Source: Octopus bimaculoides (Eukaryota). From it: a stretch of DNA of 41,814 nt. Location: contig NC_068993.1 in NCBI RefSeq assembly GCF_001194135.2, positions 57,334,830 through 57,376,643 on the forward strand, written 5' to 3'. The position numbers and the translations under genes are program-made. This document shows positions 1 to 11,795 of this stretch, piece by piece. Under the pieces are notes generated by a model. The model searched no databases and was not told the DNA's origin. It worked only from the letters and a program-made list of their open reading frames with translations. Every line of letters starts with the position of its first letter. Position 1 is the first letter of the stretch.

Positions 1-1614
1 ATATATATATATATAGGTGTCTGTGTGTGAGTGTTTGTGTGTGTGCATGTGTGTATGTATGTATATATTTCCTAATAGACATATATACTTGCAAACATAC
101 AAACTTACATTCAAATATATACATGATATGACACCATAAAAAACATAATTCAATCATGTAATCTTGTATAATATTTCAGAAGAGGACAAATGAAATATAA
201 AATACCACAATAATCTTCCTTAGACTCATGCAAATGCAAGCACACTACGTATACACACACATACACAGACACACAGACACACACACACACGCACGTGCGC
301 GCGAAGAGACAAGCTCACACAAAGACACAAAAACACACCGACACAAACCCACACACGCAAACACAGACACACATGTACACGATCGTATATGTAAAGAACC
401 ACAAATAAGACAGATCATGTCACCTAAATACCAATTATATACGTGTTAAAAAATTTGAAAGCTATAATATTGTATGTGTTAAGAAATGTATGTTATATAA
501 AGGCAAATTTCCTACATATTGAACTGTAAAAAAAAAATCAAGGATAATGTGACAGTTATATATATAAACATAGTTGGAATCATGTTTTATAAAATTACAG
601 GATGTGTCCAATATAGGTGATAGTCTATTTTACATGAATCATATTAGTCCATAAGATGCAATTTATAATATAGTATCAAATAGCTGAAGATTGATTATAT
701 CTAATGAGATATCACGAGAAGTGTTAGAGTAAATATTTAGGACAATGTCGGGTTAGTAGTTAGAGTGAGAGAAGAAGATTTATGATGTCTTGTATGGAAA
801 TGCAATACTTAATTTTAATAGCGTATTCATAACTATAGATGTAAAACAGGATGGACAATAGAGTTATCGGAAACATTTCCATGAAGCTATATTTTCGTAT
901 TCTTGGTCAGAAGATATTCATAAGAAGATTTATCTATTGCAATAAAAGTACACAAAGGTAATAAAATATTTTGCGTCCTATATACCCCACGGGCAAAAGA
1001 ATTTTTATTGCCCCTGCGGTATATCGTGCCCAAAGCAGTTTATTTTCCCTATATATTTTTACCTTGACAGATATATGCCATTTTAAATCTTAACGAAGAA
1101 TGTTTTCAATCAGTTATCTAGATAAGGTGATGTAATTTCATCTTATTCCGGTCTTAAATAAATGAGTTAGCTGGTGGTAGCGACAGTTAAAATAACTGGT
1201 GGTTTATCTAATATAAGATTAATTACGAGTATAGGTTTTAACTAAACATTACCAAAGAATTTCCTTGGCAAAGCAATTAGAGTTAAGAAGTAAGAATTGC
1301 TAATTGCACAGCAATTAAAAGTTAAGTAAAGAATGCAAAACATTATTACTGCAATTGTTTAATTTAATTAATATGAAGATGCAATATTTTGTGCTAAATT
1401 AGGGCTGAAGCATAAGGTTTGACAGTATTTCATCTGAATATTCTCCAGCATTTGTAAGTAGGAGGAGATGCATACGAAAACGAGAAAGTGGGAATATCAT
1501 ACTTTTTTTCTCTTTTTTAGATGTATTTCAACTATTTCTAACTACATACGTAAGAGAAATATCTATTACCTTCTTGTTGTTCCATTCATCAGATTATGGC
1601 CACACTAGAAGATT

Positions 1615-1810
1615 GCCTTCTATCGTTTTTCCAAGATGAAAATGCTGTTGCAAAGTCGCCATTTTAACACCATTGGCGAGATCCAGGGTGGATTGCAGTA
1701 GGTCCTCGACTCGCGTATGTTGAAACGATTTCCGGGCCGGATTCCGAGAATGGCAAGGAACACCAACACCGGTGTATTGCTGCGCAGGGTGATTATTACT
1801 AAGGAGATGA
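1615..1810 (+). mobile_element. Mariner transposase C-terminal remnant (stops and frameshifts)
   Basis: The + strand reads FYRFSKMKMLLQSRHFNTIGEIQGGLQ*VLDS / NDFRAGFREWQ / RCIAAQGDYY*GD. This matches the mariner C-terminus pattern (F..K..L.GRRF....EI......L......F..W..RW.RCI...GDYFE). The listed ORF 1594..1908(-) is its antisense. Confidence 0.8.
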
Positions 1811-1829
1811 TCGCTATCCAGTAACAGTT

Positions 1830-1975
1830 TTCTAAATTCTCTCTGTGTGTATTTCCGTGTTCCTTTCTGTCGTAGAACGTAGGTTCGAAACGTAAAAGTC
1901 TTTCTCACTTCCCCATCGTTTGTTGTTTACACACTCGTCTTCGTCTTTTGTTTTTTGTTTTGTAAATTATCACTA
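1830..1975 (+). mobile_element. Short Penelope-tail-like repeat carrying a hammerhead-like motif (family 1, copy 1), ending in (TA)n
   Basis: Homologous by eye to 11085-11240 (ttctgtcgtagaacgtaggttcgaaacgtaaaagtcttt vs ttctgttgaagagcgtagctcgaaacgtcaaagacttt). Both copies end in a pyrimidine-rich tail followed by (TA)n. Confidence 0.55.
1863..1898 (+). ncRNA. Minimal type I hammerhead-ribozyme-like motif (degenerate core)
   Basis: Stem I CTTT(1863-66)/AAAG(1895-98); core CTGTCGT+A; stem II GAA/TTC around cgtagg; GAA; palindromic stem III ACGT; GUA-type cleavage triplet. Confidence 0.4.
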
Positions 1976-2477
1976 TATATATGTGTATATATATATATAT
2001 ATANNNNNNNNNNNNNNNNNNNNNNNNNNNNNNNNNNNNNNNNNNNNNNNNNNNNNNNNNNNNNNNNNNNNNNNNNNNNNNNNNNNNNNNNNNNNNNNNN
2101 NNNNNNNNNNNNNNNNNNNNNNNNNNNNNNNNNNNNNNNNNNNNNNNNNNNNNNNNNNNNNNNNNNNNNNNNNNNNNNNNNNNNNNNNNNNNNNNNNNNN
2201 NNNNNNNNNNNNNNNNNNNNNNNNNNNNNNNNNNNNNNNNNNNNNNNNNNNNNNNNNNNNNNNNNNNNNNNNNNNNNNNNNNNNNNNNNNNNNNNNNNNN
2301 NNNNNNNNNNNNNNNNNNNNNNNNNNNNNNNNNNNNNNNNNNNNNNNNNNNNNNNNNNNNNNNNNNNNNNNNNNNNNNNNNNNNNNNNNNNNNNNNNNNN
2401 NNNNNNNNNNNNNNNNNNNNNNNNNNNNNNNNNNNNNNNNNNNNNNNNNNNNNNNNNNNNNNNNNNNNNNNNNNNNN

Positions 2478-2535
<58 letters not shown>

Positions 2536-2820
2536 GTTTGAATACATCGGACTCTGTCCATGAGTGTGTTTGTACATATGTTCTTATGTTTGTACGCCAT
2601 ATCTGTGGGTATTCTTGTAGATAAGGCTGTGTAAGAATGTAGATGATGTAGTTATAAATATTAAAATTGCCAATATAAAAATATTAATATTTATTCAACG
2701 AGATCCATTTTTGATTCTAAAAATACCAAAAAGCATATAAAATTATTATTTTGTAGCAAAGTCAAGCACATTCCCCTTTACAAATCTTCTTACGGTTTTT
2801 TTCCCTTCAAATTAAGAATA

Positions 2821-3027
2821 TTGATAATGCTGATGAAGATCACGGTGATGATGATTATGATGACAATAATGATAATAGCAACAATAACAACAACAACAAT
2901 AATAACAATAACAGCAAAAATAATAACAATTGTTATGATAATAATAGAAATAATAATGATTACAATACTAATGATAATGGTAATAATAACAATAATAATA
3001 ATAATGATGATAATAATAATAATGATG

Positions 3028-3106
<79 letters not shown>

Positions 3107-3140
3107 TAATAATAATAATGATGATAATAATAATAATAAC

Positions 3141-3205
<65 letters not shown>
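2821..3205. repeat. (AAT)n / (ATG)n microsatellite
   Basis: Directly visible trinucleotide array; it produces the poly-I, poly-L and poly-Y ORFs. Confidence 0.98.
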
Positions 3206-3579
3206 GAGTGGATATGTAAACGCATAGATGGAGGAAGGGGATTGCTCAGTGTGCAGGATGGTGTGAATATGGAAGTAAAAATCTCAATCAGCATGTTAAC
3301 GAAAGCAGTGAAGAACTACTATCAGCAGTGAGTAATCAAAAGTACTTAGTGAAGGTCAAACATAAAATAAAGCTCTTGAGAAGAAAAAACAAATTTACTT
3401 AAAACTGTATTTATTCTCTTAGTTTATGAAGAATACTGAGATGGAGAGAGGAAATGGCTGAAAACGGGATATCTCAATAAATAAATAAATGAATGAATAA
3501 ATGAATAAAAAACAGATAGAAGGAATAAAGCTTGGAGGTCGGTATCAGGCGCTCTCTAAAAATTGGGTGAGGCGGCTGG

Positions 3580-3745
3580 AGTCACTTTGGCGCCTTTGTG
3601 AAGGTTGTACGATGCATGAGAATAGATAGTGATCCGCACAATAGCTGAATGTTCCAAATTCTCTAAGAAACTTTACTGATGTTGGACACATGATAATATT
3701 TCGAAGATGATCCACTGGGAAATGTCTAGGAAATGTTATGGAATT
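3580..3745 (+). mobile_element. RLE-type non-LTR retrotransposon (R4/Dong-like) zinc-knuckle region remnant
   Basis: In frame from 3641: IAECSKFSKKLY*CWTHDNISKMIHWEMSRK. This resembles the H...C..L....Y..RHD.....IHW.L..K segment that precedes the RLE nuclease. Confidence 0.6.
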
Positions 3746-4984
3746 CATAACGATATTTAACAATGTTAAATGACTTTTCAACCTTCTTACAAGTGTTCCA
3801 ACATTCATATTACAATTGGAACATCGGCAAAATTACGGCTATTCCAGGTTCTTTCAAGTCAATATTGTAGGTGCCGGTAACTTTCTTCTATTTCCGGTTG
3901 TCTCTCTACCACTCTGATTTCAAAGGAATCAAATAACATTAATTATGCGCAATAATACCTGCACGTGATAGAACATGTACAGAATGTTTGACCTTCATAA
4001 TGTACAAGCGTCCGCAAGTAACGATTTATTATCAACGTATAGCAAACAATGCAGATGATAAAGCAATACGGAATATATTTTTCGAATGGTAGCACGGGGG
4101 ATCAAAATATAAGAAAGTATATGACCGTGAACTGTACAAGCATTCGTCATAAGAACTAATATTGATAGGACGTTCCTTAGCGTAACCTATTTAAAATATA
4201 AACACAGTCGTCTAAACTTAGTGACACGTGACAGAGGAAATGCTAGTGGCCTGTGATAAAATAGAATGACCACCAGCTCTGATATAATGATGAAGGGAGT
4301 ACAAAATATATTACATCGACGGTGAAGCAATGCGAAATATGGAGGTACTGCACTTGAGTATTTTAACGAATCGTTTTGTAGCTGACTAGCGCAAAACCCG
4401 TTTTGAGAAGCTAAGCTTTGGAATACTATAATGAACAAGTCTAATTAGAAGATGCAATTACAGGTTATTTAATGGAAGCGCGTAAAATTATGTAAAACAC
4501 TCCAAAAGTTTACCTTGTACATATATATATGTCTATATGTATGTTTGTGTGTGTATATATATATNNNNNNNNNNNNNNNNNNNNNNNNNNNNNNNNNNNN
4601 NNNNNNNNNNNNNNNNNNNNNNNNNNNNNNNNNNNNNNNNNNNNNNNNNNNNNNNNNNNNNNNNNNNNNNNNNNNNNNNNNNNNNNNNNNNNNNNNNNNN
4701 NNNNNNNNNNNNNNNNNNNNNNNNNNNNNNNNNNNNNNNNNNNNNNNNNNNNNNNNNNNNNNNNNNNNNNNNNNNNNNNNNNNNNNNNNNNNNNNNNNNN
4801 NNNNNNNNNNNNNNNNNNNNNNNNNNNNNNNNNNNNNNNNNNNNNNNNNNNNNNNNNNNNNNNNNNNNNNNNNNNNNNNNNNNNNNNNNNNNNNNNNNNN
4901 NNNNNNNNNNNNNNNNNNNNNNNNNNNNNNNNNNNNNNNNNNNNNNNNNNNNNNNNNNNNNNNNNNNNNNNNNNNNNNNNNNNN

Positions 4985-5016
<32 letters not shown>

Positions 5017-5965
5017 CGTGTGCTTTTTCGTATGAGCTGCAGTGACACGGCACAAATATTCTAAAAGGTGTGTAATATTTTATAGATCTTGTGCACACAC
5101 ACACACACGAAGTGCGCAGACACATGGACACAAAAGCTCGCATGCGCACAAACGTACACGCACTCACAAAAACACACACACACACACATATATATACACA
5201 CACAAAACGAAACACCTAACCTGGTAGCTTTCACACGTGATTGCTTGATTGCCAGGTATCCTTTAGCTATTCAGCATGTTGAATAGGAAATTAACTAATT
5301 TTAGTCTGCGTTTCGTGAAGACGGCAAATGTTGATTTAAGCTGAATTAAGTCCGTTGCTAATGAATATTGTATTTACATGTTTGCGTTATTTGTAATTAA
5401 TTTTTTTTTTCATGTGGATAGCAAGTTTCAGTAATTAACCTCGCTTATTTATCTGTTTAAAATCTGTTAATTTTATTGATTCTCGTCACTATTCCAGAAA
5501 AGAGCTATGACGTCTATGTTTCGCTGAGAAGGTGTAATAATACCAAAACATACATGGAATAGTTTGCTACTTTTTTTACTGCCATGAATAAATAATGTTT
5601 GTTGAAGTTAATGTTGTCTTGTCCCTCACCAAACAAATTACTTTGAATTAAACTTTCCGTGTCCAGTACATTACATATGGTATCATTAACGTAATTCTCT
5701 GATATTTTGTAATTTAACCTGTTTCGATCATTAAATTGTGACCATGCTAGAGCACACTCTTGAAGGAATTTTTAGACAAGGGAATTCACAATGGTATTTA
5801 TTTTTGTACAGACAACTTGATTTAAAGAAAGAAAAAAAGAAAACCAAAGTTGATATTCTTATTGAAAGTGAGGAAGATATAGGATATACTTTAGTTTTTA
5901 CTTCTGACAGTGAATAAACTGCTGCCATGCTAGAATACAACCTTGAAAGTCTTTACACCAAGAAA

Positions 5966-5985
5966 TCTATCTATCTATCTCTCTC

Positions 5986-6037
<52 letters not shown>

Positions 6038-6056
6038 NNNNNNNNNNNNNNNNNNN

Positions 6057-6117
<61 letters not shown>
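5966..6117. repeat. Compound (TCTA)/(TC)n/(TA)n/(TG)n microsatellite with short gap
   Basis: Directly visible. Confidence 0.95.
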
Positions 6118-6121
<4 letters not shown>

Positions 6122-6139
6122 ATAAATGTACGAATTATA

Positions 6140-6477
6140 ATGCAGGAACGAGAAAAGATTGGTAAATATGGAGACCTGAGAAGTGGGGTCGCTAAGATGT
6201 GTCAGCTACGTGAGTGAAGCATAATGGTTGTTCCAATTGTCATCGTGAGCATTGGGTTCAATACAACCCAATTTGAAAAAAAACAAACTTCTGGAACCTT
6301 TAGAAACACCCTACAATCTGGATGTATTGCAAGAATCGGCATTACTTGGAACTACACGCATATTGCGTAAAGTACTGTCTGTCTATGATGTGACTTGACA
6401 GACAGTAAATACCACCGCTAGACAAACGATATATTCAATCAGCAACGTCACGTTATTGGATACTGTACGACGTCTTA

Positions 6478-6478
<1 letters not shown>
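6140..6478 (+). mobile_element. 3' end of R4/Dong-like non-LTR retrotransposon (RLE nuclease C-terminus plus 3' UTR)
   Basis: Reads REKIGKYGDLRSGVAKMCQL-E*SIMVVPIVI / ALGSI / LETPYNLDVLQESALLGTTRILRKVLSV, containing the EK..KY..L, VVP.VIGALG and LQK..LLGT..ILRKVL motifs. About 90 nt of UTR follows, then (TAA)n. Confidence 0.85.

Positions 6479-6550
<72 letters not shown>
6478..6550 (+). repeat. (TAA)n array at the LINE 3' end
   Basis: Perfect AAT repeat immediately after the LINE 3' UTR. Confidence 0.97.
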
Positions 6551-6553
<3 letters not shown>

Positions 6554-6766
6554 CATTAATAATCATCCATCAAACATAGGCAAGTAAGTTTACTTAGTAA
6601 TTACGTCCCTTTCCTCCTCTCTCACTCGCTCATTATATNNNNNNNNNNNNNNNNNNNNNNNNNNNNNNNNNNNNNNNNNNNNNNNNNNNNNNNNNNNNNN
6701 NNNNNNNNNNNNNNNNNNNNNNNNNNNNNNNNNNNNNNNNNNNNNNNNNNNNNNNNNNNNNNNNNN

Positions 6767-6825
<59 letters not shown>

Positions 6826-7101
6826 AGGTATATATATACATATATGTATGCATATGTATGTATCTATCTATACATATACATGCATATGCATGTATATGTA
6901 TGTATATATATATATGTATGTATAACTTATAATGTATATATAATTAAGCCAGTAAATAGACAGGTAATAATGTGATACAAAACAGAAATGATAGCCACAC
7001 TAATTACCTGAAATTTAAATAATGAAGCACACATATACACCCATACACACTCATTCCATATACTCGTACACACATGCAAATTTATGCATACAAAAATATT
7101 T

Positions 7102-7139
<38 letters not shown>

Positions 7140-8032
7140 ATATATATATATGCATACTTGCAGATAAATACATCAACTTATATTGTTAAATTATATTCTA
7201 TTACAACATATCACATCATATTACATTATAACATTATATGATATTATATTATATTGCACAATTTTCGATTATCAAATGCTAGCGCGTGGATAGCAAATAT
7301 TAAAAGATATGAATTGAAGAGATTGGTATAAACGACAAGAAAGTAAAACAAACAAATATAAAACCATCTCAATACCAAATATAAAATAATCTTCCAGACT
7401 TGTTTCTGTCTGTTTCGCATTTACAAATTAGTATTATCTTCTTGTTTACTAAAGCTGTTGACTGAACATTAGATAAGTCGGATCGGTAAAGCGGTGCGAA
7501 AAGTATGTTGCGGTAGTTATAGTGAGTTCAAGTTACTGCGTATTCTACTACACATCCCTATTCAGAATAGCAATCAAATACAGTACGTTTTTAAAGTATA
7601 AATTCGTATCTCTATCAGCTCCCATTCATTTATAGGAAGAGGCTTTCATGCGTTCCGTTCTTTGTGTATTTAATTCTCTTGACCTGCTGCAATTGATAGA
7701 AAGCTTTACGGGAACTTAACGATTACTACACACATGAAGAACTGTTTTGTTGCAAAATACTTACAGGTTTACCTAGGTGTGAATATATTCGAGAACCGTT
7801 GTTTATGCTGATTCATTTTCCATAGACATTGATCATAGACTCACCTACTTTCTGACGATTAGTTGAGTACTCTTAGGGAATAAGTACCTACTCCTATTCC
7901 TCCTTCGCCTCGTCCTCATCATCCTTTTTCTTTTCCATTTTTTCTTTTCTTATTCCATCCCCTTGTTCTTTTCCTGCTCCTCCTCCTTTTCTTCTGTAAC
8001 TTTATCTTCATTGCCCCCTTCTCCACAACATA

Positions 8033-8104
8033 TTCTTCTTCTTCTTCTTCTTCTTCTTCTTCTTCTTCTTCTTCTTCTTCTTCTTCTTCTTCTTCTTCTT
8101 CTTC
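8033..8104. repeat. (TTC)n microsatellite, followed by a TG-rich tract to ~8270
   Basis: Directly visible; source of the poly-E and poly-K ORFs. Confidence 0.97.
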
Positions 8105-8683
8105 CAGCCATTCTTTGCTAACAACCTCATTTTGTGTGTGTGTGTGTGTTTGTGGTAGTTGGTGTGTGTGTATGTGTGTGTGTGTGTGTGTGTATGTGTG
8201 TGGTGTTTTGTGCGTGTCTGTGTGTGGTGTTTGGTGTCCTGTGTGCCTGTGTTTGTGTGCGCGCGCGCGCATTTTGTACGAGTGTGTGCACTTGTAGCAT
8301 CTCTCCTATTCCACAAAAAATAACTTAACATTTTCAAGGTATTTTATCTTGAAAATATATCACTCCACTTATTATAATTAATTTCACACCTTCGACTGAT
8401 GGTGCCTTCTAATTAATTAACCATATTTAACATGCATTAATTTTTTCTATACGTACATTTCATCTTACATTTTCCCTCATCATTAAAATTACACCCTGTG
8501 GCATCAAACAATATTACAAAGAATGAATATCACCACGAATCTATTCCACCTTACTTCTCACTCTTCTTTACGTTCTTATTTTATTTATACTGTAGTATAT
8601 AAAAAGATTAATACCTTTCTTAATTTCTCTCAAAATAAAATTTCTTTCTTTTAATTACTTGTATGTTAATATAATTAGTCCTA

Positions 8684-8902
8684 AGACGGCGAGCTAGCAG
8701 AAACGTTAGCACGCCGGGCGAAATGCCTAGCGGTATTTCGCCTGTCTTTACATTCTGAATTGAAATTCCGCAGAGGTCGACTTTGCCTTTCATCCTTCCT
8801 TTCGGGGTCGATAAATTAAGTACCAGCTGCATACTGGGTCGATCTAATGAATCCCCGCCTCCCAAAAAAAAATTGGAGTCTTGTGCCTAGAATAGAAAAG
8901 TA
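8684..8902 (+). mobile_element. tRNA-derived SINE, family A (near full length)
   Basis: Head GGCGAGCTAGCAGAAACGTTAGCACGCCGGGCGAAATG and core GAGGTCGACTTTGCCTTTCATCC..TTTCGGGGTCGATAAA recur at 25618, 26224, 34241 and 35424. Confidence 0.85.
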
Positions 8903-9499
8903 CTCGAATTGAAGTAGGGATCCCTCTTCATATTTACCAGTACATTTCTTCAACAGCTGAAATATTATCTGCAATAAATATAAATTTATTCAACAGGTCC
9001 TTTATCTTCTACTCTTTTTTATATTTACAAATCTCATGTGTTTCCAAAGACCATAAATTGTATCCACTGCCCCAAAAGCCTACTTCGTTGGAAAAGCTTA
9101 TATAGTGCGAAACATATGGCTAAGTGTAACGAATCGCATTTATGTAACTGCCACACATACACCCGAAAGCACAACATACACACACTCAAGCACGCGTATA
9201 TATACATACAAATACGCATAAGAATTTTAGATTTGATGTAACTTCATTTGCTTGAAGACTTTATGTTCCATTTTAATGCAATTATATTATCAAAATGGCC
9301 TCTTTCAACCGAATCAATCTTTTCCCTGCTCCAGTGCCCTTCAATGAATTTTATTGTAGCCCATTTACTAGTCAACACCTAACCTTACGTTCCACTTTCT
9401 AACCTCTAGCTGTCCTTATCATTTCATTTACATTTTCTCTAACACGAGTTAGAGAGATATAGTAACACTTTCACGTCCCACGTTCCTCGCTTATATCAA

Positions 9500-9745
9500 C
9501 ATTTTCTACTTCCATTCTCTGTTTTAAGACAGTCTTAATGGTAACTATGTGTGAACCCAAGATGGTGCTCCTGATCATAACGCGAAGAAAGTGCAGAAAT
9601 TCTGCGAAGACAAGTTTGCTGACTTTTGGCCTGCCAACTACTGGCCTTCTTCCAGGCCGTACTTGAAACCCCAGGACTATGCCATATTGGAGTACTATAT
9701 CAATAGAACTTCGCATCCAAGTGTTGATCATCTTAAGCAAGTCCT
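9500..9745 (+). mobile_element. Tc1/mariner-superfamily transposase core, DD37D (maT-like), pseudogenised
   Basis: In frame from 9543: NYV*TQDGAPDHNAKKVQKFCEDKFADFWPANYWPSSRPYLKPQDYAILEYYINRTSHPSVDHLKQ. There are exactly 37 residues between the D of QDG and the D of QDY, and the WPxSSPDLNPLDY motif is recognisable. Confidence 0.88.
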
Positions 9746-10044
9746 GGGGAAGAGCAGGACAACATACCTGAGTATTAAGAGATTCTTTCAGTTCGGCATA
9801 TTACGCTACCTGAGATAGCGTTGCATCTGGTGTTATTGCACCGTTCCACACACACTAGGTGCAAACGAAACATTTGTCATCATTGCTCTTTACAGGGTAT
9901 GTATGCATGTATGTATGTATATGTGAGTGTGTGCGTTTGTATGTGCGTATGTATACGTGAAGATTTGTATGTTTGTTTTATATATGACTTCTCGTGCATA
10001 TAGTTGCATATCTAGATATGCACATATATATTTAAAGGATAAAC

Positions 10045-10247
10045 CTCTGGACAGTTTTACCAATTTTTCAGTTCCAGTCATGGATTACATCTGTAGTCTT
10101 TGAATCAGCTTTCTCCTTGCTGGTTTTGAGGAGCCTAATTCCTCAATAATTGGTATTTAGGTAGTGTATTACATATCCCAGGGTCACAATAGTTACAAGT
10201 ATAGGCCTGAACTCGTAATCTGGATCGAGGAGCTGAAGATTTCTCAG
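10045..10247 (-). mobile_element. RLE-type non-LTR retrotransposon C-terminal remnant (second lineage)
   Basis: The minus strand reads LRNLQLLDPDYEFRPILVTIVTLGYV / RRKLIQRLQM*SMTGTEKLVK, with the F.PI.IGALG-like and LQ..S..GT.KI.K terminal RLE motifs. Confidence 0.65.
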
Positions 10248-10877
10248 TTTGTATGCACGTATGCATGCATGCACGTATGTATGTATGTATGTATGTATGC
10301 ATGCATGTATTTGTATGAATGCATGTGTAGGTGTGTGTGTGAGTATCTTTGAGCATGTATATGTTTATGTACATGTGTGATTGTATGTGTGTAAACCTTA
10401 TTCAACCTTGGAACGTTCTTCCACTGACGATAATCAACCAAACACAAAAGAATTGTCACATTTCTCATCATTATCATTTCTTCTTCTTCATTCTATTTCG
10501 CCGTCCATTTTTGTTTCTCTTCTTCGTTATTCCCTAATCTCTGTTATTCATTTGTTTCTTTCTTATTCATTTTAAAATTCTCTTCTCATTTCTTCCAGCC
10601 TCCCACCTCAACCATTGCACATTCAAGTCGTTTCATTATTATTTTCTTTTAATTTCGTTTACGCTTAGAAATACATGCAGTCGTCATATGCATTTATTTA
10701 TTCAAATATTAGAATATTAGCTTTTTATAAAACTCAATTTCATCACATATTGATAAGGATATCAGAAATGGAATAAAGATTGAATAAGAGGCAACGCGAA
10801 AATCGGAATAAACAACTGAAAAAAGCAGTTCCATTTTTGATGTAGCATAATTAACTCTATTTATTGTGTACGGTTTG

Positions 10878-11048
10878 GCTGCGGTTGTGTGCTAAGAAAT
10901 TTGCTTACAAACAGCCTGGTTTCAGGTTCAGGCACATTGCGTGGCTCCTTGGGCAAATGTGTTCTCCTAGCCTCGCACCGACCGGGGCCGTCTAAATGGG
11001 TTTGGTACACGGAAACTGAAAATAGCCAGTCGTATATATATATATATG
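10878..11048 (+). mobile_element. tRNA-derived SINE family B, diverged 5' half ending in its internal (TA)n
   Basis: gcgtggctccttgggcaaatgtgttctcctagcctcgcaccgacc...ggtttggtacacggaaactgaaaatagccagtcgtatata aligns to the copies at 31899 and 38325. Confidence 0.75.
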
Positions 11049-11084
11049 ATTGACCGTTGACTGAACACTATTCAATTTTTTTTC

Positions 11085-11240
11085 TCCGTGTTTTTCTCCT
11101 TGTCTCCGTATTCTTTCTGTTGAAGAGCGTAGCTCGAAACGTCAAAGACTTTCCGTATTCCCGAGCGTCATACTAATATATACTTTTGTTATCTACACCA
11201 CCTGTCCTCGTCTGTTGTTATTATTTGTATATTCTCCCAT
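11085..11240 (+). mobile_element. Short Penelope-tail-like repeat with hammerhead-like motif (family 1, copy 2)
   Basis: Homologous to 1830-1975; ends in (TA)n and a gap. Confidence 0.55.
11112..11148 (+). ncRNA. Minimal type I hammerhead-ribozyme-like motif
   Basis: Stem I TCTTT(11112-16)/AAAGA(11144-48); core CTGTTGA+A; stem II GAG/CTC around cgtag; GAA; palindromic stem III ACGT; GUC triplet with C at 11143. Confidence 0.5.
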
Positions 11241-11505
11241 ATATATATATTNNNNNNNNNNNNNNNNNNNNNNNNNNNNNNNNNNNNNNNNNNNNNNNNN
11301 NNNNNNNNNNNNNNNNNNNNNNNNNNNNNNNNNNNNNNNNNNNNNNNNNNNNNNNNNNNNNNNNNNNNNNNNNNNNNNNNNNNNNNNNNNNNNNNNNNNN
11401 NNNNNNNNNNNNNNNNNNNNNNNNNNNNNNNNNNNNNNNNNNNNNNNNNNNNNNNNNNNNNNNNNNNNNNNNNNNNNNNNNNNNNNNNNNNNNNNNNNNN
11501 NNNNN

Positions 11506-11795
11506 CTTATAAAAAATATTTCCTTGCAAATACGTTCATTTTGGCTAGCATTGTCTTTGAATTTGCATAGTGGAAACGTTATGAATTTGGGAAATATATT
11601 CTAAGCACATTCGTCGACGTGCTGGCTGGGAAGTATTTCCTGTTTTGCGGGGTACTAATTTGAGATTTGTGTACTGCCATCCTCTGACGTAGGCTGTTTT
11701 TTGTGTGTCCAATATATTGCCGTTTGCATCCAGAGCATGTAATTAGGTAGATCAAGTTCTCCGATGCATATGTAAAATTAATTTTTATTTCAAAG
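11506..11795 (-). mobile_element. Penelope-like element GIY-YIG endonuclease fragment
   Basis: FEIKINFTYASENLIYLITCSGCKRQYIGHTKNSLRQRMAVHKSQI contains the IY-(CxxC)-YIG-T...L..R...H motif typical of PLEs. After a frameshift it reads SQHVDECA*NIFPKFITFPLCK...ERICKENIFY and is cut by the gap. Confidence 0.9.

Noticed and set aside
1594-1908. 104 aa minus-strand ORF
   Set aside because: It is the antisense of the mariner relic plus the HHR-like repeat.
4200-4480. Faint resemblance to an RTE reverse-transcriptase thumb region (YIDGEAMRNMEVLHLSI)
   Set aside because: Too degenerate, with many stops and no YADD-type motif seen.
5731-5940. Plus-strand reading LDLKKEKKKTKVDILIESEEDIGY
   Set aside because: Interrupted by a stop, with no recognisable domain or splice support.
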